From positions 41,788,001 to 41,852,000 of the forward strand of contig NC_088861.1 in the NCBI RefSeq assembly GCF_963853765.1: a stretch of 64,000 nt of DNA, written 5' to 3'. Below, piece after piece: positions 23,619 to 34,052 of the stretch (position 1 is the first letter of the stretch; each line of letters begins with the position of its first letter). The translations under genes were made by a program, and so were the position numbers. Origin of the DNA: Magallana gigas (Eukaryota). Under the pieces are notes generated by a model. That model did not search any database. It was not told the DNA's origin and saw nothing but the letters and a program-made list of their open reading frames with translations.

Positions 23619-25166
23619 TTAAGATGTTCCCTCAAAGATTTAGAAAATATGATTAAATCATCTAAATATATAAAACAAATTTTGAGATGAAGGTCGCCTA
23701 AACATTGCTCTTGAAGATGCTGATATGTTGCAGGGGCGTTTGCAAGGCCGAAACTCATGCGGTTGAATTCATAAAACCCAAGTGGACCAACAGTGAAGGC
23801 AGTTCTCTCCTTATGCTCCTCTGCAATTTCTATCTGATGATAGCCGGATTTCATGTCTAATACACTGAAGTAGGTGTTACCTGAAAGAGAATCTAAAATC
23901 TCTTCTATTCTAGGCAGAGCATAATTATCTTTGATAGTCCTAGAATTAAGATACCTATAGTCTATACATAGCCGCAAGGATCCATCATGCTTTCTAACTA
24001 AAACTACATTAGATGAAAACGGAGAATGAGATGGTCTGATAATGCCTGCAGCTAGTAAATACTTGATGTGAGTACGGACTTCCTCAACCAATGCTGGTGG
24101 TACTCTCCTGTACTTCTGCTTAAAAGGTATCTCATCAAGGAGTTCAATTCTGTGCTTCACTTTGTCCGTTGTACCTATGTCTGTTGCTCCTGTTGAGAAT
24201 ATATCCCTGTATTAAATACGAATTCAACAAATTCAAGCAGACCTGTTTTTCATCTTCTCCAATATCATCTGGGAGTTGAATTTTGGATATAATATCCTCA
24301 ATTTGTTCTGAGCTTGACAAAGAAGATTTCTCAACTGTTGTGTCCTCAATAGCAACAGGCTGTATTTCGCAAATCACTCCTTTTGGGGATATTGAAATAG
24401 TCCTAGTTGTTATATTGTTGATGGTTACAGGCATTGTTTGACACTCTTCATACACATACTGATGCAGTGTAGCTTCTATGTCTACATCAGATGGAATGCA
24501 GGATTTTTCAGATTGCTGCATCATGACAGTTACTTGATGATAAGAAATCTTCTTATCCAAGTATCCGAGAATGGTCACATGACTGTTCGGAGGGATGATA
24601 ACTCTATCTGTCTCAGCACTCTTTACTAATCCTAATACATAGCCATGTCTGTGTAACTCCCTCTCTCTCAATGCAAGGCATCTGAATGCTAAATACTATG
24701 GTGTGTAAATGGCTGCATCCTGCAGAAATCTTATGCCAAACTCCTGTTTTGTCACATCCATCAGGTTCTGTAAGATGTTTGTTCCTATAAGCACTGGTAC
24801 ATGTGCATTATAATTGCTCTTGGGAACAACTAAAAACAGACAATCATTTAGTTTGTTCAAAGATGGAATACCAAATGGTGTTAAATCAACACATACATAG
24901 CCAAGATAGGGCATCAGTTGACCATACGCACACTCTATATTGATAACGTTGTCCAGTGAATGAAGCTCTTCATCTGAAAGGTACTGATTATAAAATGCTT
25001 CGCTTAGAGTGGATACCGTTGCTCCTGTATATAGAAGAGCTGTACATTGTACATCATTGATGGCCACTGATATTTCATTTGGTTTTCCAATTAGTTGTTT
25101 TTCATTGGGACCCTTGATCCTCTCGCCAACCCCTTGTCCCCAGGTGCTGACGTGTTGTAGTTTAAA
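23619..25166 (-). pseudogene. pol: Gypsy pol, 5' part (aspartic protease, spacer, RT N-terminal part)
   Basis: ALL(Y)TGATVS (catalytic D>Y), VLIGTNIL, SPFSSNVVLVRK, LRLCIDYR, LDMKSGYHQI, FGLANAPATYQ, YLDD. Confidence 0.95.
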
Positions 25167-26264
25167 GCCTGGCGCCTGTGGTTGACTAAAACTCTGCATC
25201 CCACAGCGATATGGCCTACCTGTTCACATCTATAATAAGTAGGGGGTTTCTCTTACTCTGGCACTCTGAGGTTCCTTAGCAACATCTGTAGTTTGGGGCT
25301 GAGGAAATCTGGGATATTGCCTATATCCTCCTATGTATCCTCTTTCCTGTCTGCCTCTCTGATATGGTTGTCTTGGTGCCCTATAAGGCTGGGGAATAGG
25401 AGTATAAGAATACTCTTTTTCCTTCATACTTCTGACCTCAGTGGTTAACTGATTAATCTTTGCTTCTAAGCTACGAATCTGTCAGCTGACTGATCTTTCA
25501 CTGTTGCAGCTTTTGCTGTAGCTGATTTCTTTTCTGTAGTTTGTGGATAATGTTCAATCTCCAATTTTCTCACAGATGTTCTTAGTTCATCGAATGATTT
25601 GCATTTATCATATAGATGTCCACATATATCTTTAATTGAAGTTGAAGTCCCTTAAAGAACATGGTTCTTAGCATCTCCTTGAACTGACTCCGGTCAATGA
25701 GGTTTTTCTGTATGGCCTTATTCAGAATATCCTCCGATCTACAACTCCACATCTCGCACATTCCTCATCCTCTCTCTGTCTAGCACTGTAAAACTCTGAA
25801 AGAATGTCCTCTTTTTCAGCCACTTTGTCATAAATACTGTCTAGCTTCTGTATAATTGAGGTTATTCGTGCCCCTGGTCCAAGATGCATTACCAATCGAC
25901 TTGCTTCTCCCTTAAGTAAGCGCCATATAGCTTGATGAATGACATCTGGACTATAAGACTCATTATAGAGACATTCCACCTCATATCTCCAAACTTCATA
26001 TGTGGCATCATTCTTAGAATCTCCGGAGAAAAATGGATTTTTAGGGAACTGACTAGGAGGTAGAGATTTGGCAGGTCGTGAAGAAGCAAAGGCAGTATCA
26101 GTACTTACAAACTCTTCCTTGATCTTCTTCTCCTGAACAGCAGATGACATCCATGATAAAAAATCTTCAGCTGAATCAGCTTTTGGTTTCATCTTTAGCT
26201 GCTTGAGTGCAGATACCACTTTGGCTATCTCCTCTGTTGACATTGATTCCTCAGTGTCTGACAT
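25091..26264 (-). pseudogene. gag: Gypsy gag (PNMA-like capsid plus degenerate CCHC knuckle)
   Basis: FSGD..DATYEVWRYEVECL...LKGEA...KLDSIY...EFYSARQ; (Y)YRCEQVGHIAVGC knuckle; frameshifted. Confidence 0.88.
25160..25166 (-). promoter_or_regulatory. Putative -1 ribosomal frameshift heptamer T TTA AAC at the gag/pol overlap
   Basis: Canonical X XXY YYZ motif. The gag frame reads GCT TTA AAC and the pol frame TTT AAA CTA, exactly -1. Confidence 0.7.
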
Positions 26265-27667
26265 GGTGTTAAATTGTATGATTGTAGCTAACACAAGTAA
26301 TATTGAATGTATCAAAGAAATTTCACACAAATTCATGCAACAATACAATGTATGTATCCAAGTAGACAGTGTGCAAAAGGCACAATGAATTATTGCAAGC
26401 AACAGCTGATAATGTTTCTTTAAGTAAATGAATCAAAGAAATAATTAAGTTCTACCTGAAAGAGAAAATTCAGTTCAAATATAAAAATAACAATAAATAA
26501 ATGACGAAAGAATTCAATAAATCCTTTCTATGTTGAAATAAACTAGAAAAAATACCGAGATGAATGGAAACAGCGAATTTCCTCGATTACACTTTGTTTA
26601 CTTCTGTGAAACGCTTTTATTACGAAAACCGAGCCCGATTAGAATTTTTAACGGCGTAAACCGAACCCGATGATTTAAATACCAGTAGAAATGGCGATTT
26701 CTATGTAAATAATATAAACAATGAAGATAAAGCTTAAAACTAAATTAAAAGAGAAATTAATTAAATGTGTGTTTTAAATACTGTGTATAGCTTTCAAACC
26801 ACACAAAAACCACTTAGATCGATACTACTACAACTCTGCGACAGAAAACGTGTTCAACACTGAACTCACGGCCCTCAAGATAAACAACGATGTAAACCAA
26901 CTCAATCAACCGGCAAAGTAGTCCGAATCTCACGTCAGTCTCGTCAATAAACTGTCAAAAGTCTTGAGAGTATACAGCAAATAGTTTTCTTCTTAGCTTT
27001 TATGATTAGTATATTTGGAAATACGGGGAAAAACAATATGGGTTGTGCGCAAATTGTTAATGTTTTCACTTACACTGTACTGTACCCACACTTCCTTTCT
27101 TGCTATTGCTGTTCTTAATTTCAAATTCAAATGATCAATACACAATAAAGGGCAAAAATATATCTGAACAAAAAAAATGGTATAAGGATTGTGGCCAGAC
27201 GCAATCCTGTCTCAATCAATATTACACAGGTATTTAAATCCGGATTACTTATACTAAAGTGCACTGTCTAACTAAAGAAATCACAGCTTTACATGCTTTG
27301 TGGTATACCAATTCTTTCAACAGTTTTATGAATTATGATAAATCAAGACTTGTCTACTTTGAGGTAAGGTATGCATATATGCGCGCACACAAATTACTAA
27401 TGTCAATGTGGTGCACCAAAGTCTTATATCTATACGACTCACCAGGTGAGATACACAGTTTGTTTGCACGTGTTGCACTCTGTCGGTGGGTTGAGCAGCT
27501 GATCCTAAGAATAACAGATGCGCGGATCCCAGTCAATTTAGGAACACAGGCGCGGGACACGAGTCATTGTTCAATATGAATACACTGGCACTGGTCGTCG
27601 TGGTTCACAGTTCACTGGGTAGGGTTGGTGAAGTCTTTCCAGCTCCAATTACATATAAAGTCACTGT

Positions 27668-27685
27668 GTCCCAACGTGGGCGCCA
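27668..27685 (-). promoter_or_regulatory. Primer-binding site, tRNA-Lys-like
   Basis: TGGCGCCCACGTTGGGAC located 3 nt after the 5' LTR. Confidence 0.85.
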
Positions 27686-27688
27686 AAA

Positions 27689-28208
27689 TGTTACAGTCTT
27701 TGTTTAATGTAATTGATAACAAAGGTTTCTGTATGGTTCGTTTTATTCAGACACAGTGACATTTAATTTTGTAATGTATATAAGCCCATGCTATGGGAAC
27801 AGACTCGTAATACACCGAATGCGTGATGAGATTATAGTGACATATAGCTTGACTTTGATTCAGAAAAAGAGCAAGGTCTGGTCCAAAATTCAATTCGGTG
27901 TCAATATAAATATATAGTCTGCTCTGGTCAATGTCCAGACAAAGATTGTCAAACTTAGCGGTAAAACACATAAAGCAAAACCAAATAAATACAAACCAAC
28001 CAAATTCAATCTGACACAAACAACCAATAAAAACCAAGATCACAAATATCCACTGACCAACTCATGATCGAGTACTGCCCTAATGGTATATGTACAGGTG
28101 TATGCATTAAAAAAATGGGGGGATCTAACTTTTTTATTTGTGTACTGTTAAGTTGTATTAATTACAATAACTTTATTTATTCAAATCAACAATTTTCATA
28201 CTCTTACA
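27689..28208 (-). repeat. 5' LTR (520 bp)
   Basis: Direct repeat of 13961-14434 carrying an extra 42-bp segment. Confidence 0.95.
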
Positions 28209-28294
28209 CTATCAATGATCGGGATCGGGATTTCGATATCATTGGAAAATGTCACTGTACACGTCATTTTCTGGTTAGAGTACAAAAAATAACA

Positions 28295-30178
28295 ATGGCG
28301 ACTGCAGCTCTGCAGAACGACCTGACAACTTGTTCTATTTGCTTTGAAAAATTCAAAACGCCGAGGATTTTACCTTGCTCGCATGTATTTTGTCAGAGTT
28401 GTATTTCATCGTATATAGTGAGCTCATGTGAATCTAAAGAGGCTCCAGTGGGATTTTCCTGTCCCCTGTGTAGGGAATTTGTTCCATCACCAGTTGCTGA
28501 CGGACAACCAGGAAGATGGGCAGAAAGTTTGCCCATTTGTGAAATTATCGAAAAATTGGTGAAACTCGGTGATCTAAAATTGTGCCAATCGTGTTACCGA
28601 GACAATGAAGAAGAAGAAGCTGCAAATATGTGCGTCACATGCGATGAGCCAATTTGTGAAAACTGCACAAAATACCATAAACGAATATTGACGACAAGAA
28701 CGCACCTTATAATTCCTCTTAATGAACCTAGCAGAGCTCTACAATTCATCAAATCTTTAAATAAAAACGATAGATGTCCCAAACATCCTAATAAAGAAGT
28801 CGAGTTATACTGCAATCAGCATCGAAAACCTTGTTGTGCTCTCTGTGCCGGTGAAGAGCATAGAAAATGCTCCGACCTGGAGACCATAAAGTCAGCTGCC
28901 GAGAATACAAAGAAAGTGAAAGTTTTGAAAGAATTACGTGAAAAAATAAACAAATTTGAACAGAATCTGCTTACTCTCAAAATGAGACACGAAGAAAATC
29001 TAACAGAGATAGAAAACAAGTCTGATAGCATAAAAGAAGAAACTAGAAGACTCCGTCAGGAAATGAACGATCATCTTGACAAGATTGAGAGTGCACACAT
29101 GAATGAGTTAGTTGACGTAACTAAAAAAAGTAGGGACATGTTGAATAAGCGCATTGATTCTGTATCAGATAGGATACACTTCAGCAGACACTGTATTCAG
29201 AGACTTCAAAACCTAGAGGGTGCGAGTGATGCCTGCTTTATGAAGGAATACCACCTTGTCAGAGAAAGCTTTAAATCACTGGAAAGACAAAGAATCAAAG
29301 GCCATGAATTAAAGCTAGAAATAAACATACCTGAAGAACTTAAGGTATTTGGAAATCTTAAACACTTCTATAAAATTCAAGTGCCACAATCGGAGTTACA
29401 TCTGACAAGGAGAAAAGATGTCAGTAAGATTTCCCTTTCCCTCGTATATGACTTTAAACTACCTTGGACCATCATTCACAGTGGAACTTTACTTTCTGAT
29501 GGAACCATTTTGCTTGCTAATTTCAACTGCCCTGACATCGGATTTTTGATGTTGAGATTGAGATTAAACACATGCGAAATAGTAAAGATAATTCCTTCTT
29601 TCGATTTTTTCTTCGACGTGTTGCACATAGGGAATGAATTTTATGTTACAAACCATAGCAAAAGTAATGTGATGGTTATGTCAAGCGATACCTTTAACAT
29701 GGTAAGAGAAATCAAAATACTCACTGGTTTTAGACCTTATGGTTTGGCCAAATGGAATGACTTTATATTCGTTGCATGTGAGAGTGCAATCCTAAAATAC
29801 TCTTTGGACGGGCAGCTTATTCGGAAATATTCTGTGGAAGATGAAACTATTTACGTTACAGTGACTGGCCTTGGTCACATCGTGTTCAGCAATGCTATAA
29901 AGGACACAGTAACCTGCATCAATGAGGCAGGGCGAATTCAATGGGTATACAAATCCTCTTTGCTTAAAAATCCACAGAGTGTGGACAGGGATGAGTTCGA
30001 CAATTTGTATGTGAGCGGTTCGGGCAGTAACAATATTCTCATTTTGTCTTCAGATGGCGAGCTCATTAACTATTTTGAACTTATTCCATGTCCCTATTTT
30101 ATAAAAATATGGAAAGACATTGGTATGTGTTGTGTGTGTAGCAAGAAGAGAAAAATCAAAGTATTTGAGATAAAATAA
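28295..30178 (+). CDS. TRIM-family E3 ligase (RING, 2 B-boxes, coiled coil, NHL-like beta-propeller), paralog 1, 627 aa
   Basis: C3HC4 RING CSICFEKF..LPCSHVFCQSC..CPLC; B-box1 CQSC..CVTCDEPICENC..H; B-box2 CPKH..LYCNQH..CCALC..H. Start placed at MATAALQ by homology to paralog 2. Intronless. Confidence 0.93.
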   Translation: MATAALQNDLTTCSICFEKFKTPRILPCSHVFCQSCISSYIVSSCESKEAPVGFSCPLCREFVPSPVADGQPGRWAESLPICEIIEKLVKLGDLKLCQSCYRDNEEEEAANMCVTCDEPICENCTKYHKRILTTRTHLIIPLNEPSRALQFIKSLNKNDRCPKHPNKEVELYCNQHRKPCCALCAGEEHRKCSDLETIKSAAENTKKVKVLKELREKINKFEQNLLTLKMRHEENLTEIENKSDSIKEETRRLRQEMNDHLDKIESAHMNELVDVTKKSRDMLNKRIDSVSDRIHFSRHCIQRLQNLEGASDACFMKEYHLVRESFKSLERQRIKGHELKLEINIPEELKVFGNLKHFYKIQVPQSELHLTRRKDVSKISLSLVYDFKLPWTIIHSGTLLSDGTILLANFNCPDIGFLMLRLRLNTCEIVKIIPSFDFFFDVLHIGNEFYVTNHSKSNVMVMSSDTFNMVREIKILTGFRPYGLAKWNDFIFVACESAILKYSLDGQLIRKYSVEDETIYVTVTGLGHIVFSNAIKDTVTCINEAGRIQWVYKSSLLKNPQSVDRDEFDNLYVSGSGSNNILILSSDGELINYFELIPCPYFIKIWKDIGMCCVCSKKRKIKVFEIK

Positions 30179-30230
30179 AGTACTACATGTAATTCTATTT
30201 TGTATTGTTGTAAAAATATTTAGTGAAATA

Positions 30231-30437
30231 CTGTGTACAGGGAAATATTCGCCCCCGTTTTATTTTCTTTCCTTTAGCCTTTTCACCTTCGTCGTCAGCT
30301 GGGAGTTTAAGATTGGGCGAGTTCATGGAGTTTAAATATCTCAAATTGTCCTATCTTTAACACAATTGTTTCTGGGGGATTCAAGACGGGTTGATGCTGT
30401 TTGAAATTGAGACGGGCGAAAACATAACCCGGTATGA
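30231..30437. mobile_element. Decayed TA-flanked MITE
   Basis: TA|CTGTGTACAGGGAAATATTCGCCC at the left end and GGGCGAAAACATAACCCGGTA at the right end (degenerate inverted match). Confidence 0.5.
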
Positions 30438-30620
30438 AGTTTTATTTTATCATATATGGATTTTTGACATCTATTGTAATGCATATATATTTTACAAAAA
30501 TAATAAAAGCTGAATGTCGAATTATTTTCTTGTTTTTGTATACATACTAGTATTTAAAACATTTTTGTTTTGTAATGCTTTATGTTTTTGGTACATTATA
30601 TAGCGTAATATATTTGAATT

Positions 30621-30748
30621 TTTAAAACCTGTACATTAAGTTACCTGTAGCTGTATATTAACTGGAAAAAACTGGCGATTCTTAACTTAATCGACAGCTT
30701 CTCCAACTTAATGTACAGCTACAGGTTACTTGATGTACATGTTTTAAA
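30621..30748. repeat. 128-bp imperfect hairpin downstream of TRIM paralog 1
   Basis: TTTAAAACCTGTACATTAAGTTACCTGTAGCTGTA pairs with TACAGCTACAGGTTACTTGATGTACATGTTTTAAA. Confidence 0.85.
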
Positions 30749-31185
30749 TGTTGAAAGCAATACACACACATTGTCCTCAACAGTTAGGAAAATTTACTTT
30801 TAATTCAAATATAAACATAAATACCAACATCAATATTTAAAATACTATTTTACAACAATATGAATTTATCATCTCCGGAGAAAGACATAGAAGCACAACA
30901 AATATGCTGACCATTTCAAAGAGTCATTGTAAATGTGACTCCAGAAACATAAATGATTAAAATTTGAATGAGAAAGACATATTTCCAGAGGTAATATTAA
31001 TTTCACTAGGGCACAGCTATTGGAATCACAGGGATCGCACATTTTCATCTTTTTTTTCACATACTATATTTCATAATTATTTTATTATATTTAACCGTGA
31101 AATAGTTTCCGTGCTATCATGATGAATAGTCAACGAAACTTTTCACCATTTTATCTCTAGAATGTCCTTTGAAGACTTAATAAGA

Positions 31186-31760
31186 CCCCCATCAAACAAA
31201 GTTTGTATATAGAAATAGGTATTTAGGAATCACCTTGTCCGTCTGTCCGTGCAAAATTTGTGTCCGGAGAAACATTGGAAGTTCTTACTTCATACGAAGA
31301 TTGCTTCTGACCTGAGGATGTGTCTTCACACGAACATTACCTATGACCTGAGGATGTGTCATGACCCTAACGCAAGGTCATTTTGGCAAATGCAAGGTAA
31401 CTGGCAGGAAAAGTGTAAAATTTGTGTCCCGTTCATATCTTTCTTATGAATAAACATCGGGAATTTTTACTTCACACAAAGATTGCTTATGACCTGAGAG
31501 GTGTGTTATGACCTTGACCTTAGGTCATTTGGGCAATGTCAAGGTTACAAAGCGTAAAATTTGTGTCCGGTTTATATCTTTTATGTAGAAACATAAGAAG
31601 TTCTCTAGAAGTTCTTATTTCACACAAAGATTGCTTATGACCTGAAAGTGTGTCATGACTGACCATAGGTCATATTGGCAATTCCTGGCTGTAACATGTC
31701 TAATATTAATGGATATGATGAGAAGGTAAAGTTTCACACAAAGTTTGCTTGTACCAGGCC
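31186..31760. mobile_element. Helitron/HINE-type repeat with internal degenerate tandem units
   Basis: Motif CTTCACACAAAGATTGCTTATGACCTGAG..GTGTCATGACC recurs about 4 times, preceded by GTCCGTCTGTCCGT. Family is inferred. Confidence 0.6.
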
Positions 31761-32280
31761 ACATAAAATTAATTGCTAGATTATCCTCCCCGCCCGCCAT
31801 TCTGAAAATGCCCGCCCCGATGCATTTTGTCTTCTTTTTTGAAAAAAAAAATTGTGTGTAAAAAATTTCGAAAAAAAGTCTTGTTCGGTATACCAAAAAT
31901 TTAAACCATTTAATGACTGCCTGACATGTGGATTGTCGTTTGATTCCAGTCATGTTTGTTATGAAAGGATGCAAATGTCTTGCATTGACATTTCAGTTAT
32001 ATTGACAGTTAAGTTAATTAAGTTAAAAGTTAAATAAAATGGAATTTACATAACAGAAATTGCCTTGTGTTCAGGTATAAGCATTGACAATTCTTAAAAA
32101 TCGAGCAGTTGTCATAATAGAACAGGGGCGGTTAAATAAAAAGCATTAAACATTTTCTATAATAGAAAAAACTTAAGTTATGATCTTTTTTTAGCGGATG
32201 GGGTATCGTCAAGTAACAACATTCTGACGCCTGCTTCAAAATGAATATGTATGGGTGGCGGAACGAGTAAAAAAAGTTAA

Positions 32281-32753
32281 AGGGGCATGGACACGATTTT
32301 GGTCAAAAATTATTTTTTTCTGTTTTTAATGTTCACAATGCTTCACTAAAGCATTCCTAATGATCAACTAAACTTTGAGTGTCAGTTTTCGTGTCATAAG
32401 CGAGATAAAGGGCTCATATTTCTTTGTCATGTAAACAAAGCTTTGTGTACGTTTTGAATTTTGAAGTAAAGAATTCCAGTTTTAGACATAAAATGAATGT
32501 CATAAACGCTATATGCTTAAAACGAATCATAACATAGAGAAATCGGCTTTAAACAGAACAACTTTTACCGGTATTTGAACCAATGTAAACAAAAGCAGGG
32601 AACAAGCCTTGTTTACATGACAAAGAATTGTAAGCTCTTTATTATGCGTATAACTACGACTAATACTCAAATTTTGGGATATCATTTGAAATGCATTTTT
32701 AAAGCTTTATAAACACTAGAATGAACTTTGACCATAATCGTGATAATGCCCCT
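32281..32753. mobile_element. Kolobok-type non-autonomous element (473 bp)
   Basis: TTAA|AGGGGCATGGACACGATT ... AATCGTGATAATGCCCCT|TTAA, plus internal inverted CTTTGTCATGTAAACAA/TTGTTTACATGACAAAG. Confidence 0.85.
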
Positions 32754-33126
32754 TTAATGCAAAATGAACAAAATTTTTTTAAAGACATAATAAAATACGA
32801 CACAGACCAGCTTAAAACAAAATCAACAGCCTCTTTTGCAAAATCAACAGACACCGATGCAAACCAAGCAATCACCGATGCAAAACCAACAGTAATTTCC
32901 TTGATTAACGCTAGGTGTCTTGCAAAGAGATATCAGGAAAATCATATCCTGGAGAAAATGCAAACCGGAGAAAACGCACTTAAGAATTTAGCTCGCTAAA
33001 CAACATTTCAATTGCTGTTTACGTAGTATTTATTTCCCTGACAAAGAGCACTTGGTATTGTTTGAAAAAAAAATCCCGCATATATATTTTATACATATTA
33101 ACACTAGGATCAGTTTAGATAGGATA

Positions 33127-33344
33127 CTGTGAAATCATTAGATTTTGTGGTGGCTCACTTTTCGTGTAATTCGTGGGTACCTCTCATCCACGAATTAACA
33201 TCCTCCTCGAATTAATAGATTAGGGTAATAGAGTCATAGTTTCTTTGTAGGTTTAAGAGAATACTCGAAAGTACGTCCCCACCAACCTGTAAAATTTAAG
33301 CAATCCACGAAAATTAGCCCCCACGAAATTTGACGATTCCACAG
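33127..33344. mobile_element. Tc1/mariner-type MITE (218 bp, TA TSD)
   Basis: TA|CTGTGAAATCATT ... ACGATTCCACAG|TA, with subterminal TTTTCGTG/CACGAAA repeats. Confidence 0.8.
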
Positions 33345-34052
33345 TAGTTAAGAGCCAGTTTAATTAATTGCGAGAATATTCCTTTTTTTTCTATGCTGCA
33401 TCTCATATTCTACATCTCTTTCCTTTTATATCATAATGACATATTTAACACATTTATTGGTTTTTTGCCAAATTAATGTGACATAAAAATTATTTATAAT
33501 GCATGAGTAATTAAATATCTATAGGCCAAGTGGTAGTGTAAGGCTGTTATAAGCTTGACCAGTCCCACGTTTTTGCCATAACCATCAAATGAGACGGTTA
33601 GTTTTCCATCGCTCCTTCAAAAAAATATTATTTTTATTTGTTTTATCATTTTAGTTTATCATTCACCTACACATTTTAACAAGCTATGATGCAAGCATAT
33701 TAACATTTTTAATACCTACATTTCTAATGCTTTATTTAATTGCTTCTTGCATGATTCATGCGCCATAGAGTTAAGATGGTGTCCCAATTCTCTCTTCCTC
33801 CTCTTCGGTGCCTATTTTGGTGATTCTTGGAATGTTCAAGGTAGCAATATTACTGTTAATGTGTCTCCCCCAAAACCTCCATTTATCATTTGTCATTCCT
33901 GCAATTGTATTGTTAATGTACACATCGATTTCTAGAGCATTTGTCACAGACAGAGATAAAACGGTCGGGATCTATGTTTCAATATTTGCTTATCAACGAC
34001 CAACTTTCGATTTAAAATGGTTGTCATTCTCTGATAAGATCAAACAAAAGCG

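Larger units (their letters stand above)
13961..28208 (-). mobile_element. Ty3/Gypsy LTR retrotransposon, decayed, ~7.9 kb once the nested insertion is removed
   Basis: Two homologous TG...CA LTRs, PBS and PPT in - orientation, and domain order gag-PR-RT-RNaseH-IN (Gypsy order). Many stops and frameshifts. No clean TSD. Confidence 0.96.

Noticed and set aside
32721-32999. 92-aa ORF with a TDA(N/K)(Q/P) repeat
   Set aside because: Starts inside a MITE end; the repeat is a short local duplication and there is no homology signal.
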